A stretch of DNA of 32,000 nucleotides from Pseudoalteromonas translucida KMM 520 (GTDB lineage Bacteria > Pseudomonadota > Gammaproteobacteria > Enterobacterales > Alteromonadaceae), in NCBI RefSeq assembly GCF_001465295.1, contig NZ_CP011034.1, positions 2,070,001-2,102,000 on the forward strand, in the 5' to 3' direction. Made by a program: the position numbers and the translations under genes. Below are positions 17,962 through 26,090 of the stretch, piece by piece (the stretch's first letter is position 1; every line of letters begins with the position of its first letter). Under the pieces are notes generated by a model. It made no database searches, was not told the DNA's origin, and was given only the letters and a program-made list of their open reading frames with translations.

Positions 17962-19038
17962 TTATGACTTAGTTTGACGTTTAAGGCTAACTACGTGTTC
18001 ACCTAAGCGTTCGTGATCAATCGAAAAATTTGTTTTTAAACTTTCAAGTAGCCCAGCAACATCACCCGCTTTAAATACCCCCGCAACTTTAATATTCGCA
18101 AGCTCTGCCGATGAAAGCTCAAACCGAGTAGCGGTATAACGGCTAACTTCATTTAAGGCATCGCTTAATTGTTCTCCGTTAAAAATTAGCATGCCATTTT
18201 GCCACGCTAAATCTCGTTGCACATCGTCAGCAGAGAGGCGTTTAATAGGCGCTGTAACACTTTTTTCTATAATTGCTTTTTCGCCTGAAAGTACAATATT
18301 TGCGTTTATTTTTCTAATTTTTTGAGTGCTGTTATCGGCTAGTTGATACGCTTTAAAATCGTTAGCATCAACAGCTACACTCGGATCAGTGATCATCACT
18401 TTTCCTTCAGTTACCACTAACTCTAAATGAGATGAGGTATTGCGCTGTACATTAAATACAGTGCCTAATGCTGTAAAGCTTTTATCACCTGCCATCACAC
18501 TAAATGGCCGCGTAGCATCTTTAGCAACATTAAAACGCCCTTCCCCTCTGCTCAGTAATAGCTGTCTGCGTCCTTTGCTATAAGCAACCTCTAATAAGCT
18601 GTTGGTATTTAATTGCACTATGGTGCCATCGGGCAGTACGTATGTGGCTTGCTCTCCCACCTTGGTTTTATAAATTTTAGTATAATTAACTTTCGCTAGG
18701 GCTTGGTTGTAACCCGTTTCTAAGTTTACCAATAAGTAACTGCAAATCATTAATGCAGCAAATAAACTGGCAGCGATACCATACGAAAATACCCATTTAC
18801 TTTTTTCCTCGGTATTGTTTTTATGCGGAAATAAAGTACTTAATTCGTTTAATACGCTCAGTTCGTCCCATAACTTAGCGAGTTCGTAAACGGCGTCTTG
18901 GTGTGCATTACTTTGCAGCATCCATAATTTAAATTGCTCTTTTTCAGCCTTGTTTAAACCACGGTCTATCGCGCTTATCCAATTAGCTGCTGTTTCTAAA
19001 ATTAAATCTTTTGGTGTAAATTGATGAATATTACTCAT
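17962..19038 (-). CDS. FecR-family transmembrane anti-sigma factor / signal transducer
   Basis: 358 aa. It has an N-terminal anti-sigma segment, one TM helix (YGIAASLFAALMICSYLLV) and a periplasmic FecR-like domain. A 4-nt ATGA overlap joins it to the upstream sigma gene. Confidence 0.85.
   Translation of the reverse strand: MSNIHQFTPKDLILETAANWISAIDRGLNKAEKEQFKLWMLQSNAHQDAVYELAKLWDELSVLNELSTLFPHKNNTEEKSKWVFSYGIAASLFAALMICSYLLVNLETGYNQALAKVNYTKIYKTKVGEQATYVLPDGTIVQLNTNSLLEVAYSKGRRQLLLSRGEGRFNVAKDATRPFSVMAGDKSFTALGTVFNVQRNTSSHLELVVTEGKVMITDPSVAVDANDFKAYQLADNSTQKIRKINANIVLSGEKAIIEKSVTAPIKRLSADDVQRDLAWQNGMLIFNGEQLSDALNEVSRYTATRFELSSAELANIKVAGVFKAGDVAGLLESLKTNFSIDHERLGEHVVSLKRQTKS
17970..18003 (-). 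promoter_or_regulatory. Candidate ECF-sigma-type promoter for the transducer gene, inside the last codons of the anti-sigma gene
   Basis: The minus strand reads GTGAACAC-N15-AACGTCAAA. The GAAC core (18000-17997) and CGTC core (17979-17976) are 17 nt apart, resembling the generic ECF GAAC-N16/17-CGTC architecture. It lies about 60 nt upstream of the ATG at 17916. This is pattern match only. Confidence 0.25.
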
Positions 19039-19622
19039 TTTGCCACACTCACTATAGTTGGCTTTTGAGCAGCGGTGTTGTGCTTTTTATACTGCTCATT
19101 TTCATCCTGAGAATGTTCTCGCATGTATAGCATGGTTTGTAGTAACCCTTTTGCAATATGTTTTTCTACTGTGCTTTGACTTAACTGTAGTTGCTGGGCA
19201 ATTTCTTTTTGGCTCATACCGTATACTTTTTTTAATATAAAGCACTTACGAACCGTCAAGCTTAGTTGCTCTGTTGCCCGGCAAAACAATAAAAAACGCT
19301 CTTTCGAGGTGTACTCGTCCTCTAGTTTTATTGATTTAAGTAATTTTGGTAATTCATGATCATCACAAAGGGAGTCGCTAAATTTATTATCCCATTTAGC
19401 AATATGATTAAGGGCAAGGTGTTTAGCTGTTTTAAGCATGTAGCTACGCGTAAATTGAATATCTTGTTTCAAATCAGCTTCGTAACTTTTAATAAAGGTT
19501 TCTTGCACTATATCTTCTACGTCGTCTGGTAACACTATTCGTGAAACAAAGCGGCGTAAATGAGTCGATAACTCTGTAAATGTAGTGGCTAATTTGAGTC
19601 CTTGCGCCATCCTTAACTTCAT
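19035..19622 (-). CDS. ECF (sigma-70 family, FecI-like) RNA polymerase sigma factor
   Basis: 195 aa with region 2 (DVEDIVQETFIKSYE) and a region 4 HTH (GMSQKEIAQQLQLSQSTVEKHIAKGL). The start could be the internal Met at residue 5. Confidence 0.85.
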   Translation of the reverse strand: MKLRMAQGLKLATTFTELSTHLRRFVSRIVLPDDVEDIVQETFIKSYEADLKQDIQFTRSYMLKTAKHLALNHIAKWDNKFSDSLCDDHELPKLLKSIKLEDEYTSKERFLLFCRATEQLSLTVRKCFILKKVYGMSQKEIAQQLQLSQSTVEKHIAKGLLQTMLYMREHSQDENEQYKKHNTAAQKPTIVSVAK

Positions 19623-19828
19623 CCCTTATTATTGTATAAATCTAGGTTTGTTAAGATGACTAATTTTAACGTTAATTACAAGGTAAATTGTTAATATGCA
19701 GTTATTTTTTCGTTGCATTCAAAATTGCTTTATATGCTATTAAAACGGTAATAAACCCGCATCTTGACCTAAGTCATGCTTTAACTAAATAACGTATTAG
19801 CAAGTTCGTGATGCAACAACTAAAAAGC

Positions 19829-19834
19829 TATAAT
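19829..19834 (+). promoter_or_regulatory. Perfect TATAAT -10 hexamer upstream of the porin-like gene
   Basis: TATAAT lies 47 nt upstream of the GTG start. The -35 region at 17-nt spacing (TCGTGA) is poor, so this is tentative. Confidence 0.3.
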
Positions 19835-19880
19835 ATGCAAAATTTATCAAGCTTGAATGTAAGCAACCTAAGGGAGTTTT

Positions 19881-20900
19881 GTGGTGTTTAATAAAACAAG
19901 GTTAAGTGTTTCTGTACTATTAGCAACAAGTGGATTACTTGTTATTAGTGCACCGGTGAGCGCGTCGCAAACTACGTTATCGAGCCAAGTATTTGCTAAT
20001 TTTAGTAATATTCAAATTGACGATCAGTACCAAGATATTGAAGATTGGCAGCTTGATGTAAAACGCTTTTATCTTAATTTAGATCATCAATTTAATGATG
20101 ACTGGTCATTAACAGTAACCACAGATGTGCAGTGGCAACGCCAGCAAGACCCTACCGATATTTGGTTTCGTCATGCTTATCTGAAACGCAATTTTAACCA
20201 AGGTAGCACACTTAAAATTGGTGTTGCTGAACTGCCATGGATTGATTATATAGCACGTCGTGTAGGCTATCGTTATGTCGATCCGAGCTTAACGCCAAAA
20301 AACAAATTAGCCGGCCCAACCGATTTAGGTATTCATTATGGTCATAAATCGGCGCACTTTTCGTATGCTGTATCGGCTATTACTGGAGGTGGTTTTCAAA
20401 AGCCAACCGTGGGCGATCGAATTGATTTAGAAGCATCGGCTGTGTGGCATATAAATAAACAATTTGATTTTGCTTTAGGTGCTTACCAAGGTACACGCAC
20501 ACTTGATAAAGACGAGGCCGAGAAAAACCATACTGCCGAGCGTTTCAATGCAGCGCTAAGTTACCTGCATCAAGGTGTACGTTTTGGCGTTGAATATGTA
20601 TATAACGACAACTGGAACCAAGTTAACAAAATACCGCAAGACGCCAGCAGCGGTTGGGGAACCTGGGCAAGTTACGCCTTTAAACCGGGTTATTCTGCAT
20701 TTGCTCGTTACGATACAGTCAACCCTAATAGGCGTTTAAACGCTAGTTTAGAACGTGATTACATACAATTAGGTGTTGATTATAAAGCAACTTCTTACTT
20801 AACGCTGGCACTTGTTGCTAAGCAAAGTAATATTGAAAGTGCAACTGTTGAGCGAACTCAAAATGAAGTAGGCATATGGTCAATGTGGAATTTTAAATAG
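19881..20900 (+). CDS. Outer-membrane beta-barrel, porin-like protein
   Basis: 339 aa with a signal peptide ending VSA-SQ and alternating amphipathic strands rich in Y/W/G/N/D. The aromatic near-terminal WSMWNFK fits a barrel. The AGGGAG Shine-Dalgarno precedes tandem GTG codons, so the start is 19881 or 19884. The family is not identified. Confidence 0.55.
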   Translation: MVFNKTRLSVSVLLATSGLLVISAPVSASQTTLSSQVFANFSNIQIDDQYQDIEDWQLDVKRFYLNLDHQFNDDWSLTVTTDVQWQRQQDPTDIWFRHAYLKRNFNQGSTLKIGVAELPWIDYIARRVGYRYVDPSLTPKNKLAGPTDLGIHYGHKSAHFSYAVSAITGGGFQKPTVGDRIDLEASAVWHINKQFDFALGAYQGTRTLDKDEAEKNHTAERFNAALSYLHQGVRFGVEYVYNDNWNQVNKIPQDASSGWGTWASYAFKPGYSAFARYDTVNPNRRLNASLERDYIQLGVDYKATSYLTLALVAKQSNIESATVERTQNEVGIWSMWNFK

Positions 20901-20951
20901 CCTGATGTAATAGCTTTTATTAAAATATTAGCTTTATGTTATGCCAATAAA

Positions 20952-20976
20952 AATGCGCCAAAACGGTGCATTTTTT
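20952..20976 (+). terminator. Intrinsic terminator after the porin-like gene
   Basis: AATGCGCC-AAAAC-GGTGCATT with one G-U pair, followed by TTTTTT. Confidence 0.5.
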
Positions 20977-21037
20977 GTATCACTCTAATTTACATAGAGT
21001 AAATAATCTGAGTTTTAATTAAATACATTTTAGTAAT

Positions 21038-21071
21038 AAAAAACCGCCTAACCTTGCTAGGTTAAGCGGTT
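21038..21071 (-). terminator. Intrinsic terminator of the cytochrome operon
   Basis: The minus strand reads AACCGCTTAACCT-AGCA-AGGTTAGGCGGTT followed by TTTTTT. Confidence 0.7.
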
Positions 21072-21083
21072 ATGCATATTGTA

Positions 21084-21983
21084 TTAATAACGAGAATCTG
21101 CAGGATTATCCATACCTGGCCAATCGTTTACTTTATCTGCAAAGTCTGGACGTGGCTTTTTAGTAAAGTATTCCACAACATCAACAACCTCTTGCTCTGA
21201 TAAAGTGATCTGCCCAAGCGGCGCTTCACGACTCACACTCAATGGCATGTTATGAATAACAAATGCACCTGCTCGCGAAGCACGTGCCATACCTGCCCCA
21301 ATGTTAAATGAGTCATCGCCCCATAATGGTGGGAAAATATAATCGCCAAATTGATCTTTAATCCCCTCGCCATCACTGCCATGACAAGTGCCACATTGCG
21401 CTGCATAAACCTGTGCACCGTTATTTGCGTTTGCTGTATATTTGCCTACTTTAAAAAACTCTAGGCTAGTTAGCTTAACGGTATTGCCCGGTGCCACATC
21501 GCCACCTAGCCATTTCATATAAGCATGCATACCTTGCATTTCTGGCGAATCTATTGGGATTGGTTTACCATTCATCGAGCGTTGAAAACAGCCGTTAATG
21601 CGCTCATTTAAATCAAGTACGCGTTGTGCACGCGGATTAAAGCGCGGATAACGATTATAAGTATTTATATAAGGTGCGCCCAGCTCTCGTTTGCCTTGTC
21701 CCATATGGCAACTATTACAATTAAGCCCATTACCTACATTCTCAGGTAATAAGCGCGCCGTTTCGTTAAGTAAACGCATGCCGTATAAAATGGCTTCTTC
21801 ATCTTTGTGGCCTACTACATCGGTAATTTTTGGAATGATAAACTGATCAACCACTTTACCTTCGGCATCAATTACATCGTAAGTTTTTGCATCAGGCGCA
21901 TCATAAAAACGGCTTTCATAACCCATGTAAGCTGCAACCGAAATTGCAACTACAAGCACGCTTATCCCTAGTAACTTATTCAT
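21084..21983 (-). CDS. Dihaem c-type cytochrome, TsdA-like (thiosulfate dehydrogenase / SoxA-related family)
   Basis: 299 aa with an N-terminal hydrophobic signal or anchor and two CxxCH motifs (CNSCH, CGTCH). ERINGCFQRSMNG resembles the Cys-ligand motif of TsdA/SoxA. YIFPPLWGDDSFNIGAGM resembles the TsdA haem-2 Met region. The motifs are recalled from memory, not aligned. Confidence 0.6.
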   Translation of the reverse strand: MNKLLGISVLVVAISVAAYMGYESRFYDAPDAKTYDVIDAEGKVVDQFIIPKITDVVGHKDEEAILYGMRLLNETARLLPENVGNGLNCNSCHMGQGKRELGAPYINTYNRYPRFNPRAQRVLDLNERINGCFQRSMNGKPIPIDSPEMQGMHAYMKWLGGDVAPGNTVKLTSLEFFKVGKYTANANNGAQVYAAQCGTCHGSDGEGIKDQFGDYIFPPLWGDDSFNIGAGMARASRAGAFVIHNMPLSVSREAPLGQITLSEQEVVDVVEYFTKKPRPDFADKVNDWPGMDNPADSRY

Positions 21984-23334
21984 TTTCTATCTCCTTTGCG
22001 GGTACATAATGCACCGGAGCATGGTCAACTACACGGCGCATAGTCGCAACATCTCGAGTTGAAATATGGCTGCCATGATTACCCCAACTATTGCGAATAA
22101 AGTTTAAAACATCCGCTAACTCTTGGTTTTTTAAGTGATAAAAACCCGGCATAGTAAATGTCATTACATCGTGCGCAGTTGTTGCCATTTCACCCCCGGC
22201 TAAAGTAACTTGAATTAACGAACTGGGATCTTCTGCAAACACAATAGAGTTACCAGCCAATGCTGGAAAAATACGTGGTGCGCCTTTTCCATCTAAGCGA
22301 TGACACGCGGCGCACTGCTCCATATACAACAAAGCACCAGGAGTCGAAAAGTCACCTGCGCGCAATGCACTTGTTGTGGTGTCTGCTTTCGGCTGCCAAT
22401 TTTTGTCATAACCTGGGCGCGGTGTTAACTGGTTTAAAAAGCTGGCAATAGCGTTTAAGTCTTTATCAGTAAAGTACCGCGTACTATGCGCCACTACATC
22501 GGCCATGCTACCAAATGCGGCAGTTTTGTCGGTACGCCCTGTTTTTAAAAACAGGGCAATATCGGCTTGTTTCCAGGTTGATAAACCTAATCCTTCATTA
22601 CGTAAACTTTTAGCATACCAGCCCTCAAGTACTGAGCCCGATACAAACTGACCCGATGCATCATCAGATAGCGCCTTTTCTTGAAAAGCAATACCTCGGG
22701 GCGTATGGCACGCACCACAGTGAGCTAGTCCCTCAACTAAATAGGCACCCTGGTTTTGCTCAGCTGTTAAATTGGGGTTAGCTGTAAAGCTACGCGCTGG
22801 TGAAAATAATGCCTGCCACCACGCTAGTGGCCAACGCATACTGGCAGGCCATGGAATAGTTGTTTGTTGATTTTGTTGCTTTACTGGGCTAACGCTTGAC
22901 ATAAAATACGCGTACATTGCCTCTATTTCAGCATCATTTACTATTTTATAAGACACAAAAGGCATAGCAGGATAAAGCGGTTGGTTATCTTGGCGAATGC
23001 CTTTTCTAACTGCACGTTCAAAATCGGCGTAGCTATAACTACCAATGCCCGTTTCGATGTCGGGAGTGATATTAGTAGAATAAATAGCGCCCATAGGTGT
23101 TTGCATGCCTAAGCCACCCGCAAAAGGTTTTCCGCCGGGTGCCGTATGGCACGCAACACAGTCAGCAACTCGTGCATAGTATTCGCCCTGAGCAATGAGC
23201 GTTTGATCGTTAATATCTACTTTATGTGTTGCAGCCAAAGGTGGTGCTAAAGTAATAGGAATGAGCTTAGCGCCCACAAAGGCAAACACTAATAGTGCAA
23301 TACCTACTAACACAATGTACGTCACTTTTTTCAT
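21976..23334 (-). CDS. Membrane-anchored trihaem cytochrome c (alcohol/gluconate dehydrogenase cytochrome-subunit family)
   Basis: 452 aa with an N-terminal TM helix and three CxxCH motifs in the family-typical contexts: CVACHTAPGGKPFAGG...STNITPD, CGACHTPRG and CAACHRLDGKG. It overlaps the downstream TsdA-like gene by 8 nt (ATGAATAA). Confidence 0.8.
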   Translation of the reverse strand: MKKVTYIVLVGIALLVFAFVGAKLIPITLAPPLAATHKVDINDQTLIAQGEYYARVADCVACHTAPGGKPFAGGLGMQTPMGAIYSTNITPDIETGIGSYSYADFERAVRKGIRQDNQPLYPAMPFVSYKIVNDAEIEAMYAYFMSSVSPVKQQNQQTTIPWPASMRWPLAWWQALFSPARSFTANPNLTAEQNQGAYLVEGLAHCGACHTPRGIAFQEKALSDDASGQFVSGSVLEGWYAKSLRNEGLGLSTWKQADIALFLKTGRTDKTAAFGSMADVVAHSTRYFTDKDLNAIASFLNQLTPRPGYDKNWQPKADTTTSALRAGDFSTPGALLYMEQCAACHRLDGKGAPRIFPALAGNSIVFAEDPSSLIQVTLAGGEMATTAHDVMTFTMPGFYHLKNQELADVLNFIRNSWGNHGSHISTRDVATMRRVVDHAPVHYVPAKEIENE

Positions 23335-23484
23335 TGTTAAATTTAATCCCTCAAAGAAATAAAACGGCCAATAAGCCTAAGAGAGATAATAACAACAATA
23401 AAATATTCTCAAATGAGTATAAGAACAAAGGTTGATCTAACGCATGTGTTGCTCATAATAAAGGCGCCATCCAACCGCTTATAT

Positions 23485-24369
23485 TTAGCAAGTAACAAAT
23501 AGTGACTTTATAAAGTTAAAAAACACCTCGGTTTTACGCGTGGTTAAGCTGTTTTGTGGCCGTAAAAACCATACCGGTGCGTCGCTTTGCGCCATTACAC
23601 CGGGCATAACTTCAACTAAAGTGCCATTTGCAAGCTCTTCACCTATTGCTATTTTTGATTTAATTGCAATGCCATGCCCAGCAATGGCAGCTTGGGTCAT
23701 GTTATCTGAGTTTGAAATAGTAAAGCGGGGTTTAGCATTAAAACTGTGTATTTTACCTTGCTCGTCAAATAATTTTAATTGTTTTTGCCACGGCAAACAT
23801 ACCCAATAATGCGCCGCAAGCTCGGTTAAATTACTTGGCATACCCTGTTTATTTATATAACTGGGAGCGGCACATAACACACGGCTATTATTGACTATTT
23901 TACGCGACAACATGCCAGAGTCGTTTAACTGCCCTACTCTTATAGCCACATCTTGAGCATCATCAACCACATTAATAAAATGATCCGTAATTAAAAAATC
24001 GAGTTTTAATTGAGGATATTCACTTTCAAATTCGCTAAGCTTAGGCATAACATACTTAGAAAAAATCCACGGTGGCATAGTTACCCTTAGTAGCCCGCTC
24101 ACAGTTGAGCTGCGCGCACCTATACTATGCTCTGCGTCGTGCAAAGCCTCAATAATAGCGCCCACACGTGTGTAAAACACTTCTCCTGCAGGCGATAAAC
24201 GTACTCGCCTACTATCCCTAAAGACTAAAACAGTAGACAACTCTCGCTCTAATTTACTAAGGCGATGGCTCACTGTTGCTGGCGATAACCCTTGCTCGCG
24301 CGCAGCTGCAAGTACGCCTTTATTCTCTACTACGGCAATAAAGGTTTCTAAATCACTTATGTTATACAT
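23485..24369 (-). CDS. LysR-family transcriptional regulator
   Basis: 294 aa with a wHTH (LETFIAVVENKGVLAAAREQGLSPATVSHRLSKLE). It is divergent from the peroxiredoxin-like/HAD pair and co-directional with the cytochrome pair. Confidence 0.85.
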   Translation of the reverse strand: MYNISDLETFIAVVENKGVLAAAREQGLSPATVSHRLSKLERELSTVLVFRDSRRVRLSPAGEVFYTRVGAIIEALHDAEHSIGARSSTVSGLLRVTMPPWIFSKYVMPKLSEFESEYPQLKLDFLITDHFINVVDDAQDVAIRVGQLNDSGMLSRKIVNNSRVLCAAPSYINKQGMPSNLTELAAHYWVCLPWQKQLKLFDEQGKIHSFNAKPRFTISNSDNMTQAAIAGHGIAIKSKIAIGEELANGTLVEVMPGVMAQSDAPVWFLRPQNSLTTRKTEVFFNFIKSLFVTC

Positions 24370-24488
24370 AACAAGCTACTTTGGGTTTTCAATGTTTAAT
24401 ATTTTCGAATGAAGCTTTCACTTTTGCAATCTATATTTAAATAACTAAAACTATATAATCTAACGTAACTTAATTATTGAGGTTATAT

Positions 24489-24563
24489 ATGAGTTTAAAA
24501 GCGCAAATTGACGCCTATAACGTGCAAAAAGAAGCAAAACTCCCTGCCGATGTTTTACACTAA
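24489..24563 (+). pseudogene. 24-codon ORF encoding what looks like the missing N-terminus of the downstream peroxiredoxin-like protein (frameshifted gene or coupled leader)
   Basis: MSLKAQIDAYNVQKEAKLPADVLH-stop. It has a good GAGG Shine-Dalgarno 6 nt upstream. Its stop overlaps the next ATG as TAATG. PRX_like2 proteins as I remember them begin MSL..QLDA.KA.......P and are about 215 aa, which equals 24 + 191. Confidence 0.5.
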
Positions 24564-25138
24564 TGAACACTACAAACGCAGAGCTTATTGCCCAGCATAT
24601 TAAAGATAATGCGTTGCACGTTGGTCATAAAGTAAAAAACTTCAGCTTAGCCAATCATAACGGCGAAAACATTAAGCTTGCGAATTTATTAAAAAAAGGC
24701 CCAGTAATTATTAGCTTTTACCGCGGTGGCTGGTGCCCGTATTGTAATTTAGAGTTAAAAGCCCTAAATGATTTTTTACCGCAATTTACAGCTCAAAGTG
24801 CTCAGTTAGTAGCAATATCACCGCAATTGCCTGATGAAACTCTCTCAACAGCACAAAAAAACGACCTTGAATTTGATGTCCTTTCAGATATAAGTAATAA
24901 AATAGCCAAGCAGTTCGGTTTATTGTTTACACTCGATGAGCGCATTCAAGCGTTATATTCCGAATTTGGTATTGATTTTGAGCACTACTACGGCGATAAA
25001 AGCTTTCAACTGCCACTACCGGCCACTTATGTTATTAATCAACAAGGTGTGATCACTTACGCTTTTGTAACTGAAGACTACACCCTACGCGCAGAACCCT
25101 TTGATGTATTAAACGCTTTAAAATCTGAGAGTAAATAA
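24563..25138 (+). CDS. Peroxiredoxin-like (AhpC/TSA, PRX_like2) thiol-disulfide oxidoreductase, N-terminally truncated as drawn
   Basis: 191 aa. The FYRGGWCPYCNLELKAL active-site block and AISPQ motif are typical of the family. There is no Shine-Dalgarno in front of the 24563 ATG. Confidence 0.85.
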   Translation: MNTTNAELIAQHIKDNALHVGHKVKNFSLANHNGENIKLANLLKKGPVIISFYRGGWCPYCNLELKALNDFLPQFTAQSAQLVAISPQLPDETLSTAQKNDLEFDVLSDISNKIAKQFGLLFTLDERIQALYSEFGIDFEHYYGDKSFQLPLPATYVINQQGVITYAFVTEDYTLRAEPFDVLNALKSESK

Positions 25139-25899
25139 TGTCTGTATTAACATCCCTAAAAACCCTAACCCTTTCATTAATTTTAGGCGCAAGCCTACTC
25201 TCTGGAGATACTATGGCCGAACAAACCTCAAATAAACCTAAAGTGTTAATTTTTGACGTTAACGAAACACTCCTTGATCTAGATTCAATGCGCGCTTCTA
25301 TAGGCGAAGCTCTTGGTGGGCGAGAAGATTTATTGCCATTGTGGTTTTCTACTATGCTACACCACTCGTTGGTATCAACTGTAATTGGCGATTACCAAGA
25401 CTTTGGCCAAATTGGCGTGGCGTCATTATTAATGGTGGCACAAAACAACAATATTAATATTACCAGCGAGCAAGCAAAAACCGCTATTGTTACGCCATTA
25501 TTAACACTGCCACCACACGCAGACGTAAAAGCAGGTTTAGCGGCATTAAGAGCACAAGGTTATAAGCTGGTTAGCCTAACAAACTCTTCAAATAAAGGCG
25601 TGCAAGCACAATTTGAAAGCGCTGGTTTAACTCGTTATTTTGACGAGCGCTACAGCATTGAAGATATTAAAGTGTACAAGCCCGATTTACGTGCATACCA
25701 ATGGGTACTTAAAAAGCTTAATGTAAAACCAAGTGAAGCCATGATGGTTGCAGCACATGGTTGGGACGTAGCCGGAGCAAAAGCAGCCGGTTTACAAACC
25801 ACTTTTATTGCGCGCCCAGGTAAAGCACTTTACCCACTGGCTAAAAAACCAGATCATGTTGTAAAAAACTTACATGAGTTAGCCCAGCTGCTTAAATAA
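25138..25899 (+). CDS. Haloacid dehalogenase type II-like HAD hydrolase
   Basis: 253 aa with LIFDVNETLLDL (motif I), SLTNSS (motif II), K...YKPD and AAHGWDVAGAKAAG (motifs III/IV). The start is ambiguous. ATG 25138 (TAATG with the upstream stop) adds a signal-peptide-like 25 aa. ATG 25213 has a GGAGA Shine-Dalgarno and gives a typical cytoplasmic N-terminus. Confidence 0.75.
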   Translation: MSVLTSLKTLTLSLILGASLLSGDTMAEQTSNKPKVLIFDVNETLLDLDSMRASIGEALGGREDLLPLWFSTMLHHSLVSTVIGDYQDFGQIGVASLLMVAQNNNINITSEQAKTAIVTPLLTLPPHADVKAGLAALRAQGYKLVSLTNSSNKGVQAQFESAGLTRYFDERYSIEDIKVYKPDLRAYQWVLKKLNVKPSEAMMVAAHGWDVAGAKAAGLQTTFIARPGKALYPLAKKPDHVVKNLHELAQLLK

Positions 25900-26090
25900 C
25901 CTGAGCTCCGGATAATAAACTTATCTCAAGCAGCTATTTTCAGCGCTAACTGCGTTGAATTTTCTTGCAATAGGCCAGCTATTGACGCGTAAATTCGCCT
26001 TGTTTTCACTGAAAACCTCTGGCTAGAGAAAATAAAATTAAATATAACTATGACTCAATACGTTAGTAAATCTCTTAACCAGAGTTCAGG
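25900..26090 (+). mobile_element. 191-bp non-coding MITE-like element with terminal inverted repeats and an 8-bp target-site duplication
   Basis: The left end CCTGAGCTCCGG and right end CCAGAGTTCAGG are inverted repeats (10/12). The element is flanked by a perfect direct repeat TTAAATAA (25892-25899 and 26091-26098). It has no ORF and an internal imperfect hairpin. A related short copy lies at 14801-14842. Confidence 0.55.

Noticed and set aside
19623-19880. A Fur box or iron-responsive operator upstream of the ECF sigma gene.
   Set aside because: The best AT-rich candidates (for example AATTGTTAATATGCAGTTATT, about 19688-19708) match the GATAATGATAATCATTATC consensus poorly. I could not support a call.
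14801-26090. The two related elements are direct repeats bracketing about 11 kb of accessory-looking genes (the signalling module, porin-like gene, cytochromes, LysR, peroxiredoxin-like gene and HAD gene). This suggested a genomic island with att-like ends.
   Set aside because: There is no integrase, recombinase, tRNA or mobility gene inside or next to the segment. The right copy carries its own 8-bp target duplication, which indicates an independent transposition event rather than an attL/attR pair. I saw no obvious compositional break. Recombination between the copies remains possible but is unsupported.
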